The translations under genes and the position numbers were made by a program. From contig CAJXRS010000001.1 in the NCBI GenBank assembly GCA_913060555.1, forward strand, positions 4,231 to 68,230: a DNA stretch of 64,000 nt, read 5' to 3'. Of this stretch, positions 1 to 7,773 are shown one piece after another. This stretch comes from an uncultured Gammaproteobacteria bacterium (GTDB taxonomy: Bacteria > Pseudomonadota > Gammaproteobacteria > Pseudomonadales > Porticoccaceae). A model generated the notes under the pieces. It was not told the DNA's origin. It saw only the letters and a list, made by a program, of their open reading frames with translations, and searched no databases. How positions within the stretch are numbered: the first letter of the stretch is position 1; every line of letters starts with the position of its first letter.

Positions 1-105
1 CGGCCCACCAGCGAGGGGGTCGCGCTCGCCACCACCCAGACGGTGATCGCCAGCGCCATTGCGGTGCTGCTGATCGACTTTGTGTTATCCGCATTCATGC
101 TGTAA
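1..105 (+). CDS. mlaE: MlaE-like ABC permease, C-terminal fragment (5' end outside window)
   Basis: Frame 1 reads ...ATTQTVIASAIAVLLIDFVLSAFML* and ends at TAA 103-105. This resembles the conserved MlaE/Ttg2B C-terminus. It lies directly upstream of mlaD-C-B-A. Confidence 0.7.
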   Translation, partial: RPTSEGVALATTQTVIASAIAVLLIDFVLSAFML

Positions 106-123
106 TTCGGGAAATCATCTGTT

Positions 124-591
124 ATGAAATCCTCCCACCACATAGAATTCACCGCCGGGCTGTTCCTTTTGCTCGGCATTGCCGCACTGGTATTTCTGGC
201 CTTCCATGCCACAGACGGTGGTGCCCTCGAAGGTGGGGGGTATGAAGTGGTGGCCGAGTTCGGCAATGTCGGCGGGCTCAAGCCGCGCGCCAATGTGAGC
301 ATGGGTGGGGTGCGGATCGGCAGCGTGGAGCGCATCAGCCTCGACTCCGATACCTTTACCGCGCGGGTGGTGATGACCATCAGTGATCGCTATCGCAATT
401 TGCCCGATGACACCTCGGCATCGATTCTCACCAGCGGCATACTCGGCGACCAGTACGTCGGCCTGGAGCCCGGTGGTTCGCCGGAATACCTCGACGACGG
501 CGATCAGATCCTGATTACACAGTCGGCGCTGGTCCTGGAGCAATTGGTCAGCCGCTTTCTGTTCAACAGTGGAGGAGAGCAGAAGCCATGA
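124..591 (+). CDS. mlaD: MlaD, MCE-domain subunit of the Mla phospholipid transport system
   Basis: 155-aa ORF with an N-terminal TM helix (FTAGLFLLLGIAALVFLAF) followed by an MCE-like core (GGLKPRANVSMGGVRIGSV). ATGA overlap with the next gene. Canonical operon order. Confidence 0.9.
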   Translation: MKSSHHIEFTAGLFLLLGIAALVFLAFHATDGGALEGGGYEVVAEFGNVGGLKPRANVSMGGVRIGSVERISLDSDTFTARVVMTISDRYRNLPDDTSASILTSGILGDQYVGLEPGGSPEYLDDGDQILITQSALVLEQLVSRFLFNSGGEQKP

Positions 592-1208
592 AACTCTGGT
601 GGGGAATCGTGCTGATGGTGTTGGCGGCGGGGGCGCTCGCCGCCGAGCAGCCCGCTGCGATCGTGCGTGAGACCAGCGATCGGCTGTTCGCACTGATCGA
701 CGAAAACCGCACGGCCTACGAGGCCGAGCCCAGCCGCCTGCAGAAGGAAGTGCGGCGCCATCTGCTGCCCCATGTCGATACCCTCTATTCGGCGCGGCTG
801 GTACTGGGCAGACATGGGCGCGGGCTGAGCGCGGATCAGGTGGCGGCGTTTGCCGATGGCCTCAGCGAACTGCTGGTGCGACGCTACGCCGAAGGCCTGC
901 TAGAATTCAAAAACCGCGACCAGGTGACCATCCTCCCGGATCAGGGCGGCAACACCGAGCGCATGACCCGGGTGCGCACCAAAGTGCGTCTGGGCACTGG
1001 CAGCGAGGCCGCGGTCGACTATGTGTTTCGCTCGAAGGACGATCGCTGGCAGGTATTCGACGTCATCGTCGAGGGGATCTCCTATGTGGCCACTTTCCGC
1101 TCCCAGATCGGCGAGGAAATTCGCCGCGAGGGCTTCGAACGGGTGCTGAGCCGCCTGGAGGCGGGCGACCTGCAGCTCGAAACGGACGTCGATGACCAAG
1201 CGGCCTGA
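588..1208 (+). CDS. mlaC: MlaC/Ttg2D periplasmic phospholipid-binding protein
   Basis: 206-aa ORF with a signal peptide (MKLWWGIVLMVLAAGALAAE) and an MlaC-like body (YSARLVLGRHGR, WQVFDVIVEGISYV). Confidence 0.85.
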   Translation: MKLWWGIVLMVLAAGALAAEQPAAIVRETSDRLFALIDENRTAYEAEPSRLQKEVRRHLLPHVDTLYSARLVLGRHGRGLSADQVAAFADGLSELLVRRYAEGLLEFKNRDQVTILPDQGGNTERMTRVRTKVRLGTGSEAAVDYVFRSKDDRWQVFDVIVEGISYVATFRSQIGEEIRREGFERVLSRLEAGDLQLETDVDDQAA

Positions 1209-1512
1209 GCATGCACCGCGGACCATTGCGCTGCGCGGTGATCTCACCGCCCGCGAGGTTTCCCGGTGGTATGCGGACAGTTTGGCGTGGCGCCGGGCAG
1301 AATCCCTGCCCTTGACGGTCGATCTGGCGGGAGTCGGGCGCACCGACTCCAGTGCCCTGGCCCTGCTGCTCGAATGGCAGGCCTGGGCCCGGACCTGCGG
1401 AACCGCGATCGAATTCCACAATCCGCCCGCGGCGCTGAAGACCGTTGCCAACCTCAGTGCCGCCAGTGCTCTGCTGGGCTGGTCCGAAGACATGCCGGCA
1501 AGCCAGGAATAA
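1192..1512 (+). CDS. mlaB: MlaB-like STAS-domain protein
   Basis: 106-aa ORF overlapping the mlaC end by 17 nt. STAS-like segment TVDLAGVGRTDSSALALLLEW. Position after mlaC. Confidence 0.75.
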   Translation: MTKRPEHAPRTIALRGDLTAREVSRWYADSLAWRRAESLPLTVDLAGVGRTDSSALALLLEWQAWARTCGTAIEFHNPPAALKTVANLSAASALLGWSEDMPASQE

Positions 1513-1525
1513 TCAGGGAGGAAAT

Positions 1526-2254
1526 ATGGGAAACAGCTATCTGCCGGTTGTTCTTTTGGCACTTCCCCTGCTGAGCGCCTGTGCGGGGAGCCAAGTCGTG
1601 AAAGAACCCCACCCCAGGGATCCCTGGGAGGGTTACAACCGCGCCATGTACAGCTTCAATCGCACGCTGGACAAGGCGGTACTGCGCCCGGTGGCACGCG
1701 GATACGACTGGGTCCTGCCCGGCCCGGTCCAGGACGGTGTCGGCAACGTCTTTACCAACCTGCATTATCCGGTGGTAATCCTCAACCTCGCACTGCAGGG
1801 CCGGCCGGCCGCCAGCGGGGCGGCCTTGGGCCGCTTCGTGATCAACAGCACGCTCGGGGTCGCCGGGGTTTTCGACGTCGCCACCCGTCTGGAAATCCCC
1901 GAGTTCGATGAGGACTTCGGCCAGACTCTGGCGGTATGGGGGTGGCGCGACAGCCGCTATCTGATGTTGCCGCTGCTCGGGCCGTCCACCCTCCGTGACG
2001 GTCCGGCGGGGGGCGTCGACTGGGCCACCGACGTGGCCTGGAACTGGGCGCGGGACGAGGCCGGCTATGGCCTGGTCGCCGTCGAGGTGGTGGATACCCG
2101 GGCCGGTCTGCTCGACCGCGAGGACGACCTCGAGGAATCCTACGACGAATACCTGTTCGTGCGCGATGCCTGGTTGCAGCATCGCGACTTTCTGATCGAC
2201 AACGGCGAATCCGAGCTGCCGGACTACGAAGACTTTCTCGAGGACGGCGAATAG
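1526..2254 (+). CDS. mlaA: MlaA/VacJ family outer-membrane lipoprotein
   Basis: Start moved from the track's 1445 to ATG 1526, which has an AGGGAGG Shine-Dalgarno upstream. Lipobox LLSAC. VacJ-like motifs DPWEGYNRAMYSFN and FGQTLAVWG. Confidence 0.85.
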   Translation: MGNSYLPVVLLALPLLSACAGSQVVKEPHPRDPWEGYNRAMYSFNRTLDKAVLRPVARGYDWVLPGPVQDGVGNVFTNLHYPVVILNLALQGRPAASGAALGRFVINSTLGVAGVFDVATRLEIPEFDEDFGQTLAVWGWRDSRYLMLPLLGPSTLRDGPAGGVDWATDVAWNWARDEAGYGLVAVEVVDTRAGLLDREDDLEESYDEYLFVRDAWLQHRDFLIDNGESELPDYEDFLEDGE

Positions 2255-2259
2255 GGCCG

Positions 2260-4266
2260 TCACTCCAGCATGGCCTTGAGGGCCGCCAGCGAGGCATTGC
2301 CCTGCTGGCGGCGGACTTCCGGCGGTAGGGCTTCCCCGAATCCTTCCCGCTCGACCTCGTCGGCGGGCAACTCGTCGAGGAAGCGACTGGGGGTGGTTTC
2401 CCGGGACTCCCCGAACTGCCGACGTCGTTCCGCCAGGGTCAGGGTCAGGGATTCCCGGGCCCTGGTGAGCCCCACATAGGCCAGGCGCCGCTCCTCGGCG
2501 ACATCCCCGCTGTCCAGGCTGTTGCGATGGGGCAGCAGGCCTTCCTCCATGCCCATCAGGAACACGTGGGGGAACTCCAGGCCCTTGGCCGCATGCAGGG
2601 TCAGCAGCTGAACCCGGTCATCGTCGGCTTCGTCCCGTTGACGGTCCAGCAGATCGACCAGCAGCAACCGGCCGATTGCCGCGGCCAGGTCACTGTCACC
2701 GTCCTCTTCCGCCCGCCGTGCCAAGGTGTTGGCGATCTGGGCGATCAGGAGTTCGACATTTTTCAGCCGCGCCTCGGCGGCTGCCGTGCTGCTCGCGTTC
2801 TGTACCACCCAGCCGGTGTAATCCATGTCCTCGATCAGGGTGCGGACGGTGTCCACCCCGCCATCATGGGTACAGGCTTCCGCCAACTCATCGAACCAGG
2901 CGCGAAACCGCAGCAGACGTTCGCGCGCCGCGGGCTCGAGCAGGGCGCCGAGCCCGAGTTCGTTACTCGCCGCATACAGGGAAATTCCCCGTTCACCCGC
3001 GTAATCGCCGAGTCGTTCCAGGGTTGTGGCGCCGATCTGGCGGCGTGGCGTATTGATGATCCGCAGGAAGGCGGTGTCGTCGTCCGGATTGACCAGCAAC
3101 CGGAGGTAAGCCAGCAGGTCGCGGATCTCGGTGCGCGCATAGAACGAAGTGCCGCCGCTGAGTTGATAGGGGATGTTGAGCAGACGCAGCTTGGTCTCCA
3201 GAGGTCGCGCTTGATGATTGCTGCGATAGAGTACCGCGAAGGATCCCAGCGGCAGGCCGCGCCCGGCGCGCAGCTGCAGGATCTCGTTGGCTACCCGCTC
3301 GGCTTCGGCATCCTCGCTGGCGCAGCGGATGACGCGGATCGGATCCCCGCGGCCACGATCGCACCAGAGGGTCTTGGGATACAGGTGTTCGTTGTTGGCG
3401 ATCAGTGCATTGGCGGCCTTCAGGATGCGGCCCGAGCAGCGATAATTCTGTTCCAGCTTGACCACTTCGAGGTCGGGGAAGTCGCGCTGCAATTGCGCCA
3501 GATTCTCGGGCTGCGCGCCGCGCCAGGCATAGATCGACTGATCGTCGTCGCCGACAACGGTGAGCTGTCGGTGGTCGGCGGTGAGCATGCGGATCAGCTC
3601 GTACTGGGCGCGGTTGGTATCCTGATATTCATCGACCAGCAGGTGGCGGATGCGCCGTCGCCAGCGGTCGAGATGTGCCGGATGCTCGGTGAAGAGCCGG
3701 ATTGGCTGCACGATCAGGTCGTCGAAGTCGACCGCGTTGTAGGCGGTGAGCGCACGCTCGTAACGTTGATAGAGATCGGCGAGGCGCAGTTCCTGATCGT
3801 CGGCCGCATGGGAGTGGGCCCGTCCGGGGCTCACCAGCTGGCTTTTCCAATGGGAGATGCGCAGCAGCGCGGCGTCCAGCGGCGCCTCTTCGGCGCCGAT
3901 GAGAAGCTGCTGGAGGAGTCCCCGGCCGTCCGCGGCGTCGAACAGGCTGAAGCCGGAGCGCCGCCCCACCAACCCCGGGTCGCGGCGGAGGATCCCCAAC
4001 CCGAGTTGGTGGAAAGTGGAGACCCGCAGGCCGCGGCTCGCCGTGCGGCTGAGCTCGGCGGTCACGCGTTGTTTCATTTCACGCGCCGCCTTGTTGGTGA
4101 AGGTGACCGCGGCGATGCCTGGGGCCGCGACCTTGCCGGATGCGATCAGGTGCGCGATCCGGTGGACGATGACGCTGGTCTTGCCGCTGCCGGCTCCGGC
4201 CAAGACCAGCAGGGGGCCGCCGTGGTGGCGGACGGCGCGCTTCTGTTCGGGATTGAGTCGCGGCAT
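2260..4266 (-). CDS. rep: ATP-dependent DNA helicase Rep (UvrD/Rep superfamily 1)
   Basis: MPRLNPEQKRAVRHHGGPLLVLAGAGSGKTSVIVHRIAHLI matches the Rep N-terminus and Walker A, with helicase motifs throughout. The ORF extends to ATG 4380; I prefer ATG 4266 (668 aa) by analogy with Rep length. The start is uncertain. Confidence 0.88.
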   Translation of the reverse strand: MPRLNPEQKRAVRHHGGPLLVLAGAGSGKTSVIVHRIAHLIASGKVAAPGIAAVTFTNKAAREMKQRVTAELSRTASRGLRVSTFHQLGLGILRRDPGLVGRRSGFSLFDAADGRGLLQQLLIGAEEAPLDAALLRISHWKSQLVSPGRAHSHAADDQELRLADLYQRYERALTAYNAVDFDDLIVQPIRLFTEHPAHLDRWRRRIRHLLVDEYQDTNRAQYELIRMLTADHRQLTVVGDDDQSIYAWRGAQPENLAQLQRDFPDLEVVKLEQNYRCSGRILKAANALIANNEHLYPKTLWCDRGRGDPIRVIRCASEDAEAERVANEILQLRAGRGLPLGSFAVLYRSNHQARPLETKLRLLNIPYQLSGGTSFYARTEIRDLLAYLRLLVNPDDDTAFLRIINTPRRQIGATTLERLGDYAGERGISLYAASNELGLGALLEPAARERLLRFRAWFDELAEACTHDGGVDTVRTLIEDMDYTGWVVQNASSTAAAEARLKNVELLIAQIANTLARRAEEDGDSDLAAAIGRLLLVDLLDRQRDEADDDRVQLLTLHAAKGLEFPHVFLMGMEEGLLPHRNSLDSGDVAEERRLAYVGLTRARESLTLTLAERRRQFGESRETTPSRFLDELPADEVEREGFGEALPPEVRRQQGNASLAALKAMLE

Positions 4267-4446
4267 TTGGGGGAGGGATGAAAAAGGGCCCGATTGTACT
4301 GATCTTTTCGGCGGTAATGTCATGCTCAGCAGTCTCGGTCGTGCGCCTGGCAGGAACGCCACACCGGCGCTCTGAGCCATTGCGTGATTACCGAAAAATC
4401 CCTACGGGCCTGGATGTTGCGGTTGCGGGGTGCTGGAAGCCAATGA

Positions 4447-4560
4447 GCGACTGAAGAACCGCTGGCCTTGCACTTGTTGCCGGATTACGCCCCCGACCTG
4501 AACTCGGATGAACTGGTGTGAAGTCAGGCCAAGCGCACCGTCGCTGTAACCAAATTAGCC
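4447..4560 (+). pseudogene. Relic of the C-terminal end of an IS630/DDE-type transposase
   Basis: Translation EEPLALHLLPDYAPDLNSDELV*SQAKR resembles the conserved LPxYSPxLNPxExxW block of IS630-family transposases. It is interrupted by a stop and has no start or upstream catalytic region. Confidence 0.45.
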
Positions 4561-4679
4561 GCGTGGCCCACTTAGTGTGGCGATGAAACCATTCCCATGG
4601 GGTCTGGCGTCATCCAGTGGGTTTCGAGCTGGCGAATTCTGCTGGAGACAGCGAAACCAGCCCATTTCGAGATCAATAT

Positions 4680-5030
4680 TCAGCGCTTCTCCTGCCGGGA
4701 TGCACAGGAGATACAGAGGGTCGCGGCGGGGTCGGTTTCCAAGCGGCGGACCGCGATCTCTTCCTCGCAGGTAACGCACAGGCCGTAATCGTCGCTCTGA
4801 ATACGGGTGAGTGCTGCATGAATGCGCTGCAACTGGATTTCACGACGGCGCTGGGCCTCTATGGCCATGGCTTGTCCCTGCATGGCGTCCATGCGCGAGA
4901 GTCGGCCGATGCTCGCCTGATCGAGCGTCACCGGCTTGGTGGAGTCTTTGGCGGCAGCCTTGCTTGTCAGCAGTTCCTGTTGCTGCGCTTCCAGCAGCTG
5001 GCGAAAGTGTTCGAGCTGTTTGGGTGTCAT
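4680..5030 (-). CDS. TraR/DksA family C4-type zinc-finger protein
   Basis: 116-aa ORF with a coiled-coil N-terminal half and a C-terminal CVTCEEEI...LCISC four-cysteine motif, typical of the DksA/TraR family. Confidence 0.8.
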   Translation of the reverse strand: MTPKQLEHFRQLLEAQQQELLTSKAAAKDSTKPVTLDQASIGRLSRMDAMQGQAMAIEAQRRREIQLQRIHAALTRIQSDDYGLCVTCEEEIAVRRLETDPAATLCISCASRQEKR

Positions 5031-5046
5031 GACCGTTCGCTTTCCC

Positions 5047-5365
5047 TTATTCGATTTCGTCGCAGCGGTTTGCCCGGAGATATTTTTCGCACGTGCGCTC
5101 GAAGGCTTTTATTTCGGACTCTGGCCGCTGGCCGTAATGACCAGGCAGGATACCGTCATCGGCGACCGATTCGTTCAGCTTCTCCAGCGGATCGTCCTGA
5201 TACCCTGCGTACCGGGAAAGCTGGTGGATGATGGTGCCGCCAGGTGATCAGAGTTGGTCACGATACTGGTCGAAGGTATTTCCGAACAAACCCTCGGCAT
5301 ACTGGGTAAGGGGTAGAACCCACTCGCTCTTACCGGATTGGATGATTGTCAGGCCTTAGCGGTTC
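5047..5365 (-). pseudogene. Unidentified frameshifted ORF remnant immediately upstream of the TraR/DksA-like gene
   Basis: There are two adjacent stop-to-stop reading frames with no ATG/GTG/TTG start. They read GLTIIQSGKSEWVLPLTQYAEGLFGNTFDQYRDQL* and SPGGTIIHQLSRYAGYQDDPLEKLNESVADDGILPGHYGQRPESEIKAFERTCEKYLRANRCDEIE*. GC is lower than in the flanks. No family recognised. Confidence 0.25.
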
Positions 5366-5436
5366 TGACTGGCGCCTTACCGGCAGCAGTTTGTCTCAGC
5401 TTGGGCCGGAGGGATAGGGGTTTGCTGGCGGCTCGT

Positions 5437-6603
5437 CTACGAAAGCCGGTTACGGAAGTCTGCATACCCGAATTGCCTTACGATGCGCAGCGCGTCGGTC
5501 TCTGGATTCCAGATCGCGATGGCGGGCAGGGGCACGCCGTTGAAGGTATTGGTCTTGACCATGGTGTAGTGCGCCATGTCGGCGAACAGCAAGCGCTGGC
5601 CGATTTCCAGGGGCGCGGCGAAGGCGTAGTCGCCGATCACGTCGCCGGCGAGGCAGGTCTGGCCGCCGAGGCGGTAGCTGTGCGGCAGTTCGCCCGGTCC
5701 TGCGGCGCCCAGGATGCGCGGCCGGTAGGGCATTTCCAGCACGTCCGGCATATGGCAGGTGGCCGAGGTATCGAGGATGGCGAGGTTGCGGTCGTTGCGC
5801 TTGAGATCGAGCACTTCGGCGACCAGCACTCCGGTATCCAGGGCCACGGCTTCGCCGGGTTCCAGATAGACGGCGAGGCCGTGGCGCGCGCGGAAGTCGC
5901 GGATCAGCTCGATCAGCGCCTCGACCTGGTAGTCGGCGCGGGTGATGTGGTGGCCGCCGCCGAAATTGATCCACTCCAGGCGTTCGAGCCAGGGGCCGAA
6001 CTGGGCCTCGACGGCGGCCAGGGTGCGCGCCAGCGGCGGCAGGTCCTGTTCGCACAGGGTGTGGAAGTGCAGGCCGCTGATGCCGTCGAGGTTGGCACCG
6101 GCCAGTTCGTCCAGGGTGATGCCGAGTCGCGAGCCCGGCGCGCAGGGATCGTAGAGCGGCGTGGCGCCCTCGGAGTGGCGCGGGTTGATGCGCAGGCCGA
6201 AGCGCAGCTGCGGGCGGCGTTCGCGCGCGCCGAGGCAGCGCTCGCGGAAGTGGTGCCACTGGTGCACCGAGTTGAACACCAGGTGATCGGAGTACGCCAG
6301 GACTTCGTCGAAGTCGGCATCGCGATAGGCGGCGCAGAAGGTGTGGACCTCGCCCCCGAATTCCTCTCGGCCGAGGCGGGCCTCATACAGCCCACTGGCG
6401 CAGGTGCCGGACAGATAGCGGCGTACCAGGGGTGCCACGGCAAACATCGAAAAGGCCTTGAGTGCGAGCAGTACCCTGGCGCCGCTGTCGGCCTGCACCC
6501 GGGCGAGCAGACGCAGGTTGTCCGCCAGCGCGGCCTCGTCCACCACATAGCAGGGCGAGGGCACGCGGGCCGGATCGAATCTTACAAAGTGGTCGCTTGC
6601 CAC
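5437..6603 (-). CDS. nspC: Carboxynorspermidine/carboxyspermidine decarboxylase
   Basis: The C-terminal 388 aa of track ORF 5437..7704 is PLP-decarboxylase-like (SPCYVVDEAALADNLRLL..., HFHTLCEQ, GGGHHITR, YTMVKTNTFNG). The likely start is GTG 6603, overlapping the upstream gene's end by 22 nt. The rest of the 755-aa ORF is out-of-frame read-through. Confidence 0.85.
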   Translation of the reverse strand: MASDHFVRFDPARVPSPCYVVDEAALADNLRLLARVQADSGARVLLALKAFSMFAVAPLVRRYLSGTCASGLYEARLGREEFGGEVHTFCAAYRDADFDEVLAYSDHLVFNSVHQWHHFRERCLGARERRPQLRFGLRINPRHSEGATPLYDPCAPGSRLGITLDELAGANLDGISGLHFHTLCEQDLPPLARTLAAVEAQFGPWLERLEWINFGGGHHITRADYQVEALIELIRDFRARHGLAVYLEPGEAVALDTGVLVAEVLDLKRNDRNLAILDTSATCHMPDVLEMPYRPRILGAAGPGELPHSYRLGGQTCLAGDVIGDYAFAAPLEIGQRLLFADMAHYTMVKTNTFNGVPLPAIAIWNPETDALRIVRQFGYADFRNRLS

Positions 6604-7760
6604 GGCAGGCCATAGCGGTTGAGGGCGTCCATGAAGGGGTCTGGGTCGAGCTGCTCCATATTGAACACGCCTGCGCCGCGCCACTGGCCGGTGAGCATCA
6701 TCAGGGCGCCGATCATGGCCGGCACGCCGGTGGTGTAGGAGATCGCCTGCGAGCCCACCTCTCGGTAGCAGGCCTCGTGGTCGCAGATGTTGTAGATGTA
6801 GTGGGTCTCCTCGCGGCCGTCGCGGGTGCCCCTGGCGACACAGCCGATGCAGGTGCGGCCCTTGGTGAGTGGCCCCAGGCTGCCGGGGTCGGGCAGCACC
6901 GCCTTGAGAAATTGCAGCGGCACGATTTCCTGGCCGTTGTAGGTCACCGGGTCGATGCGCGTCATGCCGACGTTCTGCAACACTTCCAGGTGCTTGAGGT
7001 AGTTGTCGGAAAAGGTCATCCAGAAGCGTGCGGTCTCGATCTCCGGCAGGTGCCTGACCAGGGATTCGAGCTCCTCGTGATACATCAGGTAGATCTTGCG
7101 GGGTCCGATGCCCGCGGGGAAGTCGAATTCCTGGCTGACGCTGAGCGGATCGGTTTCGCGCCACTGGCCGTTCTCCCAGTAGCGACCCTTGGCGGTCACT
7201 TCGCGGATGTTGATCTCCGGGTTGAAATTGGTGGCGAAGGGTTGGCCGTGGTCGCCGGCGTTGCAATCGATGATGTCCAGCTCGCGGATGCGGTCGAGCT
7301 TGTGCTTGCGCAGCCAGGCGGTGAAGACATTGGTGACGCCCGGATCGAAGCCGCTGCCGAGCAGCGCCATCAGCCCCCGTTCGCGAAACCGCTCCTGGTA
7401 CGCCCACTGCCAGGAGTATTCGAAGGCGGCCTGGTCGCGGGGTTCGTAGTTGGCGGTGTCCAGGTAGTGGACGCCGGTCGCCAGGCAGGCATCCATGATG
7501 GTCAGGTCCTGATAGGGCAGGGCGACGTTGACCACCAGTTCGGGCCGCACTCGTTCGATCAGCGCGCTGAGCTCGGCCGGGTCGTCGGCATCCACTCGGG
7601 CGGTCTCGATGGGGTGGGAGATCTGCGCGGCGATGGCGTCGCACTTGGCTTTGGTGCGGCTCGCCAGCACGATATCCGTGAAGACTTCCGGCACCTGGGC
7701 GCACTTGTGGGCGACCACCTGGCCGACGCCGCCCGCTCCGATGATCAGTACCTTGGCCAT
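6582..7760 (-). CDS. Carboxynorspermidine (saccharopine-type) dehydrogenase
   Basis: Start set at ATG 7760, with a GAGGG Shine-Dalgarno 7 nt upstream. MAKVLIIGAGGVGQVVAHKC Rossmann N-terminus. Saccharopine dehydrogenase-like body. Paired with nspC. Confidence 0.85.
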   Translation of the reverse strand: MAKVLIIGAGGVGQVVAHKCAQVPEVFTDIVLASRTKAKCDAIAAQISHPIETARVDADDPAELSALIERVRPELVVNVALPYQDLTIMDACLATGVHYLDTANYEPRDQAAFEYSWQWAYQERFRERGLMALLGSGFDPGVTNVFTAWLRKHKLDRIRELDIIDCNAGDHGQPFATNFNPEINIREVTAKGRYWENGQWRETDPLSVSQEFDFPAGIGPRKIYLMYHEELESLVRHLPEIETARFWMTFSDNYLKHLEVLQNVGMTRIDPVTYNGQEIVPLQFLKAVLPDPGSLGPLTKGRTCIGCVARGTRDGREETHYIYNICDHEACYREVGSQAISYTTGVPAMIGALMMLTGQWRGAGVFNMEQLDPDPFMDALNRYGLPWQATTL

Positions 7761-7773
7761 GCAGTACCCTCGT

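Noticed and set aside
6604-7704. N-terminal 366 aa of the 755-aa ORF 5437..7704
   Set aside because: This is out-of-frame read-through across the carboxynorspermidine dehydrogenase gene. Only the C-terminal 388 aa (from GTG 6603) resemble a PLP decarboxylase.
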